The notes: a model not told the origin generated them from the letters alone. DNA of 64,000 nucleotides from Geopsychrobacteraceae bacterium (GCA_963662315.1 OY759353.1:1-64000); one strand, 5' to 3'. Shown: positions 31,617-42,534, counted from the first letter of the stretch. Numbers and translations: made by a program.

Positions 31617-33155
31617 TTAGCCTTTTTCCCGGGGCATTTGCGCAACAAGATTCAGCTGAACATCCACGCCTTCGATCTGGAAGTGCGGTTGCGCAGCCAG
31701 GTCCACCCTGTAGTAGCCTGGGTTTTCCGGAATCTCATAAACAGTGACTTTGCCATCCCGCAATGGATGGGTCGCAATCAGTTCAGGTTCAGGGTCTTTC
31801 ATTTTTGTTACCAGGGTCTGTAGCCACGCGTTCAGTTCATTTTCCAGGTACTGACGACTTTTTGATGAACCGATATTCTCCCGTTGCAGCACTTTCAGGT
31901 AATGGGCCAGCCGCGATACCAGAAAGATATAGGGGAGGCGGGCATTGATCATGCTGTTGGCGTTAGCGTCGCTGTCAGCATACTCGCTCGGTTTCTGGAC
32001 CGAGTTGGCTGAAAAGAAGCAGGCGTAGTCACTATTTTTGTAATAACTCAGCGGAATAAAGCCAAGACTGGCCATCTCCAGTTCACGGGTTTCAGAGATC
32101 AGCATCTCGGTCGGCATTTTCATCTGCATCCCTTTGCCGTCGTCGTGCAGATGAATTGGCAGGTTTTCTACTTTGCCGCCGGCCTCGGGACCACGGATGT
32201 TGACCGCCCAGCCGTTTTCGGCAAAGCTTTTGGCAATGTTGCCGGCAAAGGCGAACACCGGGTTGCCGAACAGGTATTTGTCTTGGTCGGAAGTGGAGAT
32301 ATCCTCCTCGTAATTAAATGTGCGCACCGGCGAACTGTCTTGACCATAAGGCAGACGCAGCAGCACGCGTGGGGTCAGCAGGCCGATGTAGCGTGCATCC
32401 TCGGTAGCGCGGAAGCTTTTCCAGCGGGTATATTCGGCCTTCTCCATGTAGTTGGTGAGGTCGTTGATCTGAGCGATTTCATCGACGTTCTTCTTGCCGA
32501 AGAAGCGCGCTCCCACCGAGGCCAGAAACGGACAATGGGCACTGGCGGAGACCTTGGACACATCGCGCAGCAGGGCAATATCCTGAGCGGAATTATCAAA
32601 TTCATAGTTACCGACAATGGTGGCAAAAGGTTCGCCACCGGGGGTATCGTATTCGTTGACATAGACATGCTGGTAGAGCCCGGTCTGGATTACCTCGGGC
32701 GCTTCTTCAAAGTCATCGCGCAGGTCCTCTTTGGTACAGTCGAGAATCTCAACCTTGGTATTGCGGCGGAAATCGCAGCGCTCAATCATCATCTGCAGGC
32801 CGCGCCAGGAACTCTCCACACTCTGGAACGACGGATGGTGAAGAACCGCGTCAAGCTGTTCGCTGATGGTCTGATCGATCTGCGCGATATACTGATCGAG
32901 CAAAACTTTGTCGATCTTTTCAATTTGTGAATTGTTTCGCGTGGTCAGGTCGAGAAATACCTGAATACCAGCGGTCAGGCGTTCCTGAAGGCTGATATCG
33001 GCCATCCTTGAAGCGTCGGCAAAGCTTTTCAGGGTTATTGATTCCTGCATCGGCTGAATGTCCACCAGTTCACACAAGCGGGCATAGGAATTGTTCTCTT
33101 CATAAACTGTCTGTTTGCTGGCTGCTTGGCCAGCGGTGGCAGGTGAACTGCTCAT
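31617..33155 (-). CDS. tssC: T6SS sheath large subunit TssC/VipB
   Basis: LHHPSFQSVESSWRGL, EYDTPGGEP, IRGPEAGGKVENLP, ARLPYIFLVSRLAHYLKVLQRE. Confidence 0.98.
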   Translation of the reverse strand: MSSSPATAGQAASKQTVYEENNSYARLCELVDIQPMQESITLKSFADASRMADISLQERLTAGIQVFLDLTTRNNSQIEKIDKVLLDQYIAQIDQTISEQLDAVLHHPSFQSVESSWRGLQMMIERCDFRRNTKVEILDCTKEDLRDDFEEAPEVIQTGLYQHVYVNEYDTPGGEPFATIVGNYEFDNSAQDIALLRDVSKVSASAHCPFLASVGARFFGKKNVDEIAQINDLTNYMEKAEYTRWKSFRATEDARYIGLLTPRVLLRLPYGQDSSPVRTFNYEEDISTSDQDKYLFGNPVFAFAGNIAKSFAENGWAVNIRGPEAGGKVENLPIHLHDDGKGMQMKMPTEMLISETRELEMASLGFIPLSYYKNSDYACFFSANSVQKPSEYADSDANANSMINARLPYIFLVSRLAHYLKVLQRENIGSSKSRQYLENELNAWLQTLVTKMKDPEPELIATHPLRDGKVTVYEIPENPGYYRVDLAAQPHFQIEGVDVQLNLVAQMPREKG

Positions 33156-33180
33156 AGCTTGTTATCTCCTTGATGCCCGC

Positions 33181-33708
33181 TTAGAAACTGCGGATGTCCA
33201 TGCTTGATGTTTCATCGGAATCGACCAACAGGGATTCGAGCTGCTGTTTGAGCCCCTCCAGCTGTGGCTGGTTGGCCACGATGCGCTCCAGTTCTTTACG
33301 GAATTTGGCATTGTCCAGCAGATTCGATTTCAGGTCTTTCAACAGGTTGCGCATCGCCATCAAACTGTGCAATTCCGGAATCTGTTGGGCGACGTGATCT
33401 GGGCGGAAATCTTTCATCGATTCAAAGGACAAGTTAACGCTGATATCACTGCCGTCTTTGGCCAGTTTGTTTGGAACCTCAAAGCGGGTGCCGGGAGTAA
33501 GGTCTTTCATGACCGCTTCAAAATTATTCTTGTTAATGTTGATCCGTTCACGATCAACGATTTTTCCTTTCGTCTTGCCATTGCTGAAATCGCCCATGAC
33601 CAGCATTTTTAGGGGCAGTTCAAGCTTTTTGCGGTTGCCGCCGGTCTCGACATTCAGGGACAGGTTGATGCGCGCTTTGGGAATTTCTTTCTGAAAACTG
33701 TCACTCAT
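33181..33708 (-). CDS. tssB: T6SS sheath small subunit TssB/VipA
   Basis: ELPLKMLVMGDFS, FESMKDFRPD, QIPEL..L..MRNLL. Confidence 0.97.
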   Translation of the reverse strand: MSDSFQKEIPKARINLSLNVETGGNRKKLELPLKMLVMGDFSNGKTKGKIVDRERININKNNFEAVMKDLTPGTRFEVPNKLAKDGSDISVNLSFESMKDFRPDHVAQQIPELHSLMAMRNLLKDLKSNLLDNAKFRKELERIVANQPQLEGLKQQLESLLVDSDETSSMDIRSF

Positions 33709-33750
33709 GATTTTCTCCTTGGGTTATCTGGTGTCATTGCTGAAAGATTT

Positions 33751-35283
33751 TCATTTAAAAAACTGACTGGCGGTGACCAGGTCGATCCGGCAAGCAACGC
33801 GTTGCAGGTCGTCCAAAGTGGTCATCAGGAGCTCTTTGGCTTCATTTTGGGCGCTTTTAAGCAAGGTCATAATAATCTTGCTACGCAGTTCGATAACGGC
33901 CATCAGCAGGCGCGGTTGCCAGGTTTCAAGCGTGTGCCGGCTGACATACTGGTAGAGCTCGTCAAGAACGACTTCGGCCAACTGGTTCTTGCCGGCAGTA
34001 TGGCAGGCCTGGGCTTCGGCCAATTGCAGGTGAACCCGGTCAAAAGCAGACTGACGTGGACACTCGCGCAGGATGGTCAGGGCCTCTGATAATTTCTTTT
34101 CCCGTGCCGCCTGCAGGGCTAAGCCGATCATCTGGCTGATCTCAGCGCTGTCCGTGGTCGCCGGCTCCGGAGCCAATTCTCCTGACTGGGGTTGGGTACG
34201 GTTCAGATCTTCAAGCCACAAGGCCGTTTCAGCATTACAGAACGGTGAGCCATCGGCGTAGCACAGTTCTGGCAGGTCTGGAAAACGGGCCAGATAATTG
34301 CGCGTCGTTGTTTCAACCAAGGTGGCCATGTCTTGCCGCCCATGCTTTTGGGCGTGTTGCCAGACAAATTGCTGTAGCGCCAGGTTGTAACGAAACCCTG
34401 GCTCGAAAAATACTTTTTCACTGAGCTGCAAGGCGAGTTGGAAATCCTTATCCGCAGCCAGGTTGCTCAGCTCTGCCCAGGCACTCTGGCGTGGGGGTGG
34501 AACACGGGTTTGGTGGTTCGTATGGGGTGGAAACGTGCTGCCTCCCCAGAGCATGGCACGAGACAAGGACATCGCCTGATAAAGTTCCTTGTTGTCACAC
34601 AGATAGGTGTGCAGTTTGCGGGTTTCGTTATCGAGGTCGCGGCTTGAGCCAATGCTGGCAAGCGGCTGCAGAGTCGCTACTGATGCGGAAACCGCTGTAG
34701 CGGATTCTGGTTGGGCAACGGGTGCAGCGGTCGCAGCTTGTGGCTCACTGGGCAGAAATTTTTCCTGTTTGCTGAGCCAACTGGCCAATCCGCTCAGGCG
34801 TGGTGCTTCATCCCCCAGAGTGTCCAGCAGGAAGGTATTGATCTGTTCTGTTTCACTTTGGAGGCTTGCCAGCATGGTGCAGTTCAACTCACTGTTGTGC
34901 TGTTCGGCAAAAGCGATCAAACGCGGTGTGTTGAGCAGTGCCAGGGCTGCGAGCCGGGCATTGTCACGCACGGGATGACAGTCCGTCCAGAAGTTGCAGA
35001 GGAGCAATCGATAGCCCTTCAGGCCCTGGTGCAGCCCTTCGGCTCCATGCAGATAAACACTGGATAGTAAGTGATAGGCGGCAATGCGCAGGTCTTTGCA
35101 GCTTTCTGTCAGTAACTGGGCACTGAGTCGATAGACCTGTTCATAATCGGTGTCCGACAGTTTATCCAGCTCTTCCTTGAGAAACAGGAACTCATCGAGG
35201 TAGCGCGGGTCGTCGCCACACGGACTCATCCCGTTAATGGGAATTCCGAATGCTGCCGTATCAATCACAGCGCAGCTGCTCAT
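33751..35283 (-). CDS. tssA: T6SS TssA (ImpA_N domain, VasJ-like)
   Basis: PI..SPCGDDPRY, CKDLRIAAY, FWTDCHP; C-terminal LFxDGxPF-like (LCYADGSPF) and LETWQP. Confidence 0.9.
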   Translation of the reverse strand: MSSCAVIDTAAFGIPINGMSPCGDDPRYLDEFLFLKEELDKLSDTDYEQVYRLSAQLLTESCKDLRIAAYHLLSSVYLHGAEGLHQGLKGYRLLLCNFWTDCHPVRDNARLAALALLNTPRLIAFAEQHNSELNCTMLASLQSETEQINTFLLDTLGDEAPRLSGLASWLSKQEKFLPSEPQAATAAPVAQPESATAVSASVATLQPLASIGSSRDLDNETRKLHTYLCDNKELYQAMSLSRAMLWGGSTFPPHTNHQTRVPPPRQSAWAELSNLAADKDFQLALQLSEKVFFEPGFRYNLALQQFVWQHAQKHGRQDMATLVETTTRNYLARFPDLPELCYADGSPFCNAETALWLEDLNRTQPQSGELAPEPATTDSAEISQMIGLALQAAREKKLSEALTILRECPRQSAFDRVHLQLAEAQACHTAGKNQLAEVVLDELYQYVSRHTLETWQPRLLMAVIELRSKIIMTLLKSAQNEAKELLMTTLDDLQRVACRIDLVTASQFFK

Positions 35284-36299
35284 AGCAGAATCTCCCGGCG
35301 ACCGATACGGTAGAGAACATCCACCATGGGAGTCGCGTCTTTCTCCAGTAGCCGACGTAGATCGATATTGCTGGTAAAATTTGGCAGGTTGCTGCTTTCT
35401 TTAAGGACATCGAAGATGACGTTATCCGTACTGTTTACATCCAGCAATGAGAGCAGATGCGATGGTGGTAGTGGCCGAAAAAACAGGGTCAGATAGTTTG
35501 CCTGGCTGGACACTGCATCAGTCCAGAAATAGTGAGAACGCCAGAAACGATTTTCCAGAATGGCTTCTATCATCTGGACCCAGAACACCACGAAGGGGAG
35601 CGCTTCTGCCGTACCGGGCAAGGGAAGTCTGACCCCCCAGTGGGTCTTGCTGGCACCCCGTTTGCTCACGGTGCGTAAAAAATCGAACAAGGCAAAAAAC
35701 AGACGTTCGCGGTCATCGGACAAAGGGACTTCCGACAGTCCGTTCCAGTACTCCTGCATGGTGTGTTCACTCAGGGTTTTGATGCGTTGTTCCAACAGGT
35801 CCCGTTCTGCGGGTACCTGGAAATGTCCCGACAGTTTTTCCAGGCGTTCGCCCATGACTTTTGCGGAAGCGACGCTGTCGAGTGATGCGACAAGCTGTTT
35901 GGCTCCTTTGAAATAGTGACCGCAGGTCAGGGGTAATGAGGCCCGGTGATTGTGAAAAATCGCGCCATTGACCAGTGCTAGCGTTGCAAAGGGATAAGTC
36001 CGACCACTTTTGTCACGACTACCAACGAGGGTTCCAATCAGGTTATGCTCCTGCTCTGACCCTGTCATGACGAAGTTATGACAGGGGAACCCACGGTACA
36101 GATCGGGCCACCCCTTGGGATATTTGCGGGTGATACAGCTGACCCCTTCCTGCAACCATTTCTCAAAGGCTGTCGTTTCACGACTGGCCAGGTTGTAACG
36201 CACAAAGTCGCCATGGTTAGGAAACTTGCCGAATCCACTGACTTTAAGTCGTGCATCGTGCGTTGAGGGGGACAATACTTTTTCAAAAAATCGCAACAT
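35280..36299 (-). CDS. tagF: T6SS-associated TagF
   Basis: GFGKFPNHGDFV, SRDKSGRTYPF motifs; after tssM. Confidence 0.9.
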   Translation of the reverse strand: MLRFFEKVLSPSTHDARLKVSGFGKFPNHGDFVRYNLASRETTAFEKWLQEGVSCITRKYPKGWPDLYRGFPCHNFVMTGSEQEHNLIGTLVGSRDKSGRTYPFATLALVNGAIFHNHRASLPLTCGHYFKGAKQLVASLDSVASAKVMGERLEKLSGHFQVPAERDLLEQRIKTLSEHTMQEYWNGLSEVPLSDDRERLFFALFDFLRTVSKRGASKTHWGVRLPLPGTAEALPFVVFWVQMIEAILENRFWRSHYFWTDAVSSQANYLTLFFRPLPPSHLLSLLDVNSTDNVIFDVLKESSNLPNFTSNIDLRRLLEKDATPMVDVLYRIGRREILL

Positions 36300-36310
36300 G
36301 GACTGGTCCG

Positions 36311-39300
36311 TTAATAAATTTTTTCCGGCAGTTGAAAGTTATTGAACAGATCACGACTGAAAGCATTGTTCTGACGATCTGGGCGTAACTTGAAGCGAAT
36401 AACTGCTTGCTGGTTAAATTCTGTTTCCAGGGTCCACGACACCAGATATTGGTTGTCTTCGGGGGTGATTTCCGCTTTGTCGAGCAGGTGAAACAGGCTC
36501 CATTCACCAGCAAAATCAAGCCCCATCTGTGATTGGTTCCCACTGGTCATACAGCTGATCGTTGCAGCCGGATTCTGGCTGGTCCCTGGCCAGCTGAAAT
36601 GTTTCCATTCCTGAGGTTCATTCTGATAGATCATTTTTTGACCATTGGCCTCAAAACGAACGACACGCAGGCCGCTGCTGGGAATTGGATAAATGGAAAA
36701 GTTGACGTTTGGTTGTCCTTGTCTTAACAGGCCTGCACTGATTTCAGCCGCTTTAGGCAGGGCCGCGAGAAACTGATCCGAAATCCTTGGCCCCTGCCCG
36801 AGCCAGGTCTGGTTCTTCCAGCTGTTTCCCTGTTTGCGGATAAACGGCTTGAGCTGGTTATTGGTGAAGTTCCAGATGATGCCGTCCTCACCACGGAAAA
36901 AATCAGTAATGTCAGTCAGAGAGGCATCGGATCCCTGGCGGTCAAAGGGGAATTTTCCGGCGATCTTCTTCTGGTAGCTACTGTAGACGGCGGTATTCCA
37001 CTGGTTCTGCAGGTAATTGCGGGTCTGCTTGATGATGGCCTGCCAGGCGTAGCCCAGCGGTGTGGTCAGCAGCCGGGATGCCGCCTTGCGGGTGCGTGCA
37101 TTGAGCCCATTGGTGAGGCTTTTGGTCGTCAGCCAGCATTTGTAAAGTTCGGAATCTGAGGCCCCGTTACCGCCGAGGATGGCACTGCTGTAATCATAGG
37201 CCTGCTGCTGCTGATCGACTGCTGCCGCCAGCTGTTCCAGATCGGCCTGGGCCGAGGTCAGGGCCAGCAGGTACTGGTTGATAAGCAGGCTGGTGGTCAT
37301 GTTTTCGGCCGGAGTGGCGAGCTTGCGCAAATCACGCAACGGCGCTTCCAGTTCAGCAATGCGGTTGTTCCCCTGGGGGAGCTCACCGGGAAGCGGGGTT
37401 ATCTCACCGATATTGATATTGGCTGAAATAGCCTGGAACAGCCCGGCAATTGGACCGTCAGTACGAGCTAGCAGGAGCAGTTTTTCAGATGAGTTTTCAA
37501 CCGATCCGAAATTGGCCAGGCTGACATTTTCGAGTAACTGCAACCAGGTTTCCGCATAGTCCTTGAAATACAGCTTGCGGATATCATGTTCAATTTCCTG
37601 AACCAGTTTTTCATCCACGGTTTCGGCATTGGCAGTATTGCTGCTGTTGTCAAAACCGGTGACCCAGTCCCCCAGGCAGGCGGTGTGAATCAGTTCTTTC
37701 ATCCCTGGTTTCATGTACTGGTACCAACCGTCAGCGGTATAGATGTAGGGGATGGTTGCCGTGTTTGTCAGAGTTCCGCCAGCTGTGGCGCCGAGCAGAT
37801 CGGTCAGCTTTTTCGGCTCATGGTCTTTGGCAGCAGTGTTGCGTAATTGCACATAGAGGCGTTTCGAGTCGGGTAGTGATTTAAGATTTTTCTGGGCGAC
37901 TTTCAATAACGCGTTGTCGGCTTCCTGGACGGCAATGAAGTCACCATCCTGGGGATCAAGGCGCATCTGGTCGAGATACATGTTGGCCAGGGCCTGGACC
38001 ATCTGTTGGCGCTCTGCGCTGTACCCCTGGTTGGGGTTCTGACCGTTAAAACGCTGGGAGATAAAGGTGTTGAGTCCTGCCATGACATAGCTGTTGTCCA
38101 GATGCTCCGGGTGGATCAGCATCTGGTAGGTTTTGAGCACCTGATAATACTCCTCGCGCATGGCATCCTGCTTTTTGACCGGAGCAGCGGCCCAGGCACT
38201 ATTGAACTTTCTCAGTTGATTTTCCAGGTCGCTGAAGGCCGGGGCAAAGAGGATCTGTTCAAAGGCGTTGATGAGCAGCTTGTGGAAACCCGGCAACTGC
38301 TTATCCCCTTCGTAAACGCCGAGGGTCATTACCAGCGGGCGCTTCTTTTCATTGGCCAGCAGGGTCTGGTAGTGCTTGAGGGCGCTGTCGAAAGCGTCGA
38401 GCTGTACCGCAATATTGGTCTGCTGGCTACTACTGACCAGGGAAGCCAGTCCTTCGGCTGCGGAGCTGCCATTGTTCAGCAGTAGGCTGTTCATGGTCAG
38501 GCTGGTGCTTAGCATCAGGAATGCGCCGACCATGATGGCCAGGCTGCACAGGATACTGGCTGTTTTCAGGGTGCGGTTGATGATCCCCCAACGGCGGGTG
38601 CGGTTGACATCCTTGGAGTTGGGGAAGATGACCTCTTTGAAAACGTCTTTGACAAAGAAGCTGACCGGTTCTGGCAGGGCTGCCGCCGGGTCTTCATCCA
38701 CATACCCAAAGGCCTGGCGGATCTGGCCGAGGATCTTCTGGATCGGGGTGCCTTCCTGGGTGGCGCTGGTCAGGTAAATCCCGCAGAAATTCGGGGTGTC
38801 CTGATAGGGATTCTCCTTGGTCAGGCGCTCGATAAAGTCGCACAGCAGGTGCTTGCCCGCTTCAAACTGGCCGGGGAAATTGAACAGCTCGCTTTTGGTT
38901 TCCGCCTTGCGGACCATGGACAGCTTGTGCAAACGGATCTCGCACAGGCGCTGGTAGAGCTTGTCGATGCCACTGCTAAACGCGCTGCTGATGGTTTCCG
39001 CACTGTTGTGCCCCAGCCACATGCCCCACACCTGTTCCCGTTCTTGTTCATCAAGATCAGCGAAAAAAGCTGAGAAGCCGTACAGCAGGTCACATTTGGT
39101 AAAGACGATGTAAATAGGAAATACGCACCCGAGGCGGTTGATCAGTTCGTCAATACGGTCGCGGATGATTTTGACATGGCGGTCCACCCCTTTGCTGTCG
39201 GCTGTCAGCAGATCGGCAATACTGATGGCGACGATAGCACCGTTGAGAGGCTGTTGGCGGCGGTGTTTGCGCAGCAGGGCAAGGAATTCCAGCCATTCAT

Positions 39301-39874
39301 GGTGATCATCCTGTTCGGTGGTGTAGCGTCCGGCAGTGTCCAGCAGGACGGCGTCGTTGGAGAACCACCAATCACAGTTACGAGTGCCGCCGAAACCGCG
39401 AATATCGATGTCGCTATCATGGGCATAAGGGAAATTCAGCCCCGAATTGCGTAACAGGGTGGTTTTACCCGCTGCCGACGGACCAATGATCATGAACCAG
39501 GGTAGGGCGTAGAGGGCTGCGTTGCCGCGATGTTGGGCGCCCAGTTCCGAGGATTTCAGGGAGGCGATGGCCTCATTCATTTTGTTGCGTAACTCTTCAA
39601 TTTCCAGTTGTCGCGACTGATCCTGGTCGGAAACCTGGTCCAGGTCTTTGCGGAACAGGTTCGAGCGCTTCTTTACGATCAGGTAGCGTACCAGCCAGAA
39701 CAGGGCAAAGACGAACAGAACTCCGCAGATACTGTAGATACGTACCTGGGCATCGGTCAGCCCGACATAGGGGCCGGCCCACCAGATCAGCGATAGGATC
39801 AACATCAGGCCGATAATGCGTGACCCGACTCGACCAAGGAGATATGCCTGTAAAAATATGAGTATATTCTGCAT
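36311..39874 (-). CDS. tssM: T6SS membrane complex TssM/IcmF
   Basis: N-terminal TMs, LPWFMIIGPSAAGKTT, CDWWFS..AVLLDTAGRY, GEWSLFHLLD. Confidence 0.97.
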   Translation of the reverse strand: MQNILIFLQAYLLGRVGSRIIGLMLILSLIWWAGPYVGLTDAQVRIYSICGVLFVFALFWLVRYLIVKKRSNLFRKDLDQVSDQDQSRQLEIEELRNKMNEAIASLKSSELGAQHRGNAALYALPWFMIIGPSAAGKTTLLRNSGLNFPYAHDSDIDIRGFGGTRNCDWWFSNDAVLLDTAGRYTTEQDDHHEWLEFLALLRKHRRQQPLNGAIVAISIADLLTADSKGVDRHVKIIRDRIDELINRLGCVFPIYIVFTKCDLLYGFSAFFADLDEQEREQVWGMWLGHNSAETISSAFSSGIDKLYQRLCEIRLHKLSMVRKAETKSELFNFPGQFEAGKHLLCDFIERLTKENPYQDTPNFCGIYLTSATQEGTPIQKILGQIRQAFGYVDEDPAAALPEPVSFFVKDVFKEVIFPNSKDVNRTRRWGIINRTLKTASILCSLAIMVGAFLMLSTSLTMNSLLLNNGSSAAEGLASLVSSSQQTNIAVQLDAFDSALKHYQTLLANEKKRPLVMTLGVYEGDKQLPGFHKLLINAFEQILFAPAFSDLENQLRKFNSAWAAAPVKKQDAMREEYYQVLKTYQMLIHPEHLDNSYVMAGLNTFISQRFNGQNPNQGYSAERQQMVQALANMYLDQMRLDPQDGDFIAVQEADNALLKVAQKNLKSLPDSKRLYVQLRNTAAKDHEPKKLTDLLGATAGGTLTNTATIPYIYTADGWYQYMKPGMKELIHTACLGDWVTGFDNSSNTANAETVDEKLVQEIEHDIRKLYFKDYAETWLQLLENVSLANFGSVENSSEKLLLLARTDGPIAGLFQAISANINIGEITPLPGELPQGNNRIAELEAPLRDLRKLATPAENMTTSLLINQYLLALTSAQADLEQLAAAVDQQQQAYDYSSAILGGNGASDSELYKCWLTTKSLTNGLNARTRKAASRLLTTPLGYAWQAIIKQTRNYLQNQWNTAVYSSYQKKIAGKFPFDRQGSDASLTDITDFFRGEDGIIWNFTNNQLKPFIRKQGNSWKNQTWLGQGPRISDQFLAALPKAAEISAGLLRQGQPNVNFSIYPIPSSGLRVVRFEANGQKMIYQNEPQEWKHFSWPGTSQNPAATISCMTSGNQSQMGLDFAGEWSLFHLLDKAEITPEDNQYLVSWTLETEFNQQAVIRFKLRPDRQNNAFSRDLFNNFQLPEKIY

Positions 39875-39913
39875 GGTTTATGGCTTTCGTTCGTCTCTGT
39901 ATTGGTTAATTGC

Positions 39914-40636
39914 TCAGGGCTGCAGCGCGGTACTTTTCAGAATGACTTCCCGGGCTGTATCAACCTTGCTGATACTTGCTTCGGCCAGCTTACTGGAAAA
40001 AACCGCATAGCCGATGTAGGTGAAAAATACGACGGCAATGGTGACCACCGCGATCACCCAGTAAGGAACCTGGCGCCGCACCTGGTTGATCAGAGCATGG
40101 GTCGGGCGACCACTGTTGGCCAGGGCGTGATCCATCGGGCCACGGTAACCGTCAATCTGGGCGCGCAGGTCGACCTGCAGAGCCATCAAGTGTTCAATCC
40201 CCTTGATGCGATATACCCCTTCAAAGCCAAGCTGCAGACAGTAGTAAAAGACTTCCAGCAGATTGACGTTCTCTTCCCCCCCCTGACGCAGGGTGGCCAG
40301 GCGGGTGAAAAAGCCCTCCCCGGCGGTATGCTCGCCAAAGAATTCAAGCTGTAGCGGGCGCGCCATCCATTCTTCGCGCTGGGGCCACGATGAATTAAGG
40401 ACCAACTCATCGATAAAGGCAGTCAGGGCATATTTGGCATCTTTCAGCTCGACCATGCCAATCTGCAGGTCAAAGCCTCGCTTGTCGATGGCCGTCAATT
40501 CGTTGAGAATCTGTTCGCGAAAGTCGGCTGGCAGCTTGCTGGCTTTGCGGTCGTCGGACAACGGAGCCGCCAGGGCAAACAGCGGTTCACAACAGTGCAG
40601 GATAGAATTGAAATAGTTTGCAGCAGGTGTTGTCAT
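39914..40636 (-). CDS. tssL: T6SS TssL/DotU (no OmpA extension)
   Basis: AKYALTAFIDE, PLQLEFFGEHTAGEGFF, LEVFYYCLQLGFEG, C-terminal TM. Confidence 0.95.
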   Translation of the reverse strand: MTTPAANYFNSILHCCEPLFALAAPLSDDRKASKLPADFREQILNELTAIDKRGFDLQIGMVELKDAKYALTAFIDELVLNSSWPQREEWMARPLQLEFFGEHTAGEGFFTRLATLRQGGEENVNLLEVFYYCLQLGFEGVYRIKGIEHLMALQVDLRAQIDGYRGPMDHALANSGRPTHALINQVRRQVPYWVIAVVTIAVVFFTYIGYAVFSSKLAEASISKVDTAREVILKSTALQP

Positions 40637-40643
40637 TGTGTCC

Positions 40644-41972
40644 TTACTCCTCCACCGTGACGATTTTTATATCGGCGTTGTTAAATACAGAGGGGCGATA
40701 AATAGCTAAAGCCTCTTCCTTGGTAATCGATTCCCAAAAGTCCCCGCGCGCTTCCAGCCTAAAGTATTCACAACCACTGCGGGTCGACATTTTAGCTGGG
40801 GGACGCTGGGTATGAACCAGCTTAACGCCAGGCAGCGCGGCATTGACCACCATGGTCACGTTGGTATGGGCAGCAACCTTGACCTGGCGGGCAAAATCGA
40901 CGATCCAGTTCGGGTCGTCGTCGTCAAAGAGGACTTCCAGGAAGAAGGTTTCCCGGGTCAGGCGTTCTTTGCCAATGCCGCTGCAATAGAGCAGACTGGG
41001 GCTTTCCTGTATCAGTTCAAGACTGGTTGTGCGGGTCTTGGTCTTCAATTCGAGGAGCACGCTGAGCATACTGTTCAGGGCGGAAAACACCCGGGTCAGG
41101 TCGCTATGGTCATAACTGGGGATGTTGTCGATGGAGGTCTTGTCCTGAAAGGTACAGAAGGCTCCGGCAATCAGGCACAGTTCGCGGTACAGCTGTTCCG
41201 GGTGCAGGTCTGGCCAGCTCTGCAGGTGGCGCAGTTGTGGAATAAAAGTGTTCAGATTGCGTAGCAGGGCATGGTTGTTCGGATCCCGTTCAGCAAAAGC
41301 ACTGACTCCACCGTCACAGTCTTTACGTGCTGCTTCGATCTGTTTGCGTTTGGCATTCAGGGTGTCAATAATTCTTTCCAGTTCCTGAACCAGGGTTGGT
41401 GAGGCGGCGATCCGGCAGGTTGGTGGTACGAAACGAGTGGCCAATTGATAACGGTTATCTCCCTGATGGACGACTTCAGCGATTTTAATGTGTAAAAATG
41501 AGCTGAGAGCCTGCTGGTCGGTCATCAGCATCAGGTTCGGTCTGGCCAGCAATACCTCTTTGACCCGGTTGCCGTCATAAAGATCTTCGAGGGTGCTATA
41601 GTCTGCAATCCAACCACTCATTTGGCCGCGCTGAGGATAGCCACTTATTCCGGCAACATGCTGGTTCGCCGGCACTGCCAGATAGACCGCCAAGGGATCT
41701 CCCCCTGGCGATAACAATTCGCAAGCCAGTTCATGATCGTCGCTGCTGCGCTTCTCGACAAAGCGACCATCCTGAAACAGAGCACGGATCTGGAGCAAAC
41801 GGAAGCGCCCCATAGCCAGAGCTTCATGGTCAACACTCATGGAAATAATTCCCCATTCGAAGGGAGATCCGATGCATTGACGCTGCCGCTGATTGTGCTC
41901 CAGTTGCTGGTCCCAGGCCTGGAAATGTTGTTGGCCAAGGAAAATTCCTTCGGCCCAGACGATTTTTTTCAT
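40644..41972 (-). CDS. tssK: T6SS baseplate TssK
   Basis: IVWAEGIFLGQQHFQ, FVPP, HPEQLY, YDHSDL, ALPGV. Confidence 0.95.
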   Translation of the reverse strand: MKKIVWAEGIFLGQQHFQAWDQQLEHNQRQRQCIGSPFEWGIISMSVDHEALAMGRFRLLQIRALFQDGRFVEKRSSDDHELACELLSPGGDPLAVYLAVPANQHVAGISGYPQRGQMSGWIADYSTLEDLYDGNRVKEVLLARPNLMLMTDQQALSSFLHIKIAEVVHQGDNRYQLATRFVPPTCRIAASPTLVQELERIIDTLNAKRKQIEAARKDCDGGVSAFAERDPNNHALLRNLNTFIPQLRHLQSWPDLHPEQLYRELCLIAGAFCTFQDKTSIDNIPSYDHSDLTRVFSALNSMLSVLLELKTKTRTTSLELIQESPSLLYCSGIGKERLTRETFFLEVLFDDDDPNWIVDFARQVKVAAHTNVTMVVNAALPGVKLVHTQRPPAKMSTRSGCEYFRLEARGDFWESITKEEALAIYRPSVFNNADIKIVTVEE

Positions 41973-42026
41973 ATGTTTATCTTTTATGTGTTGTCGTTAC
42001 CACGCGGTTTACAAAATGGTTTTCTG

Positions 42027-42494
42027 TCATTCTTCGATGTCAATATGGTGCTCTTTTAATAGGGCTTTAATAGTTGTTGATAGGTCGATCCATAAAAAGG
42101 ATCGATCGACATCTCTGATAACTTTCCAGGATTCATCCGGTTGCTGGTGAAACGCCGCCATAATGCCGACATATTTGGCCTTTTCATTTTTTTCGATAAT
42201 GATTTTTTTCTCAGACGCCGGGTCCAGGGTCAGCGATTCTTTACGCAGTAACGTATCTCTTAAAACGGTCAGGTCGGATTTCCACAATTCCTCAAAACTG
42301 GCTTCTTCAAAGGTCTTTTTGTCGCTGAGTTGGTAGATATTGATTACTACCGGCAGAGGTTCTTTGGCTTGATTCAGATTAAGGGTTGCTGTCGATGCCA
42401 GATCAATTTTGACTTGTGGCGCTGAACATCCGGTCAGGGATAACAGGCAAAATGAAACAACCGCGATAGTGAAAAATGAACTGTTCATTCTCAT
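42027..42494 (-). CDS. tssJ: T6SS lipoprotein TssJ
   Basis: Lipobox LTGC, LN....PLPVVINIYQL, YVGIMAAF; start set at MRMNSS. Confidence 0.9.
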   Translation of the reverse strand: MRMNSSFFTIAVVSFCLLSLTGCSAPQVKIDLASTATLNLNQAKEPLPVVINIYQLSDKKTFEEASFEELWKSDLTVLRDTLLRKESLTLDPASEKKIIIEKNEKAKYVGIMAAFHQQPDESWKVIRDVDRSFLWIDLSTTIKALLKEHHIDIEE

Positions 42495-42534
42495 CGTAAA
42501 GATCCTTTTTAATGTGAATAGGGGGCTGGCGATT

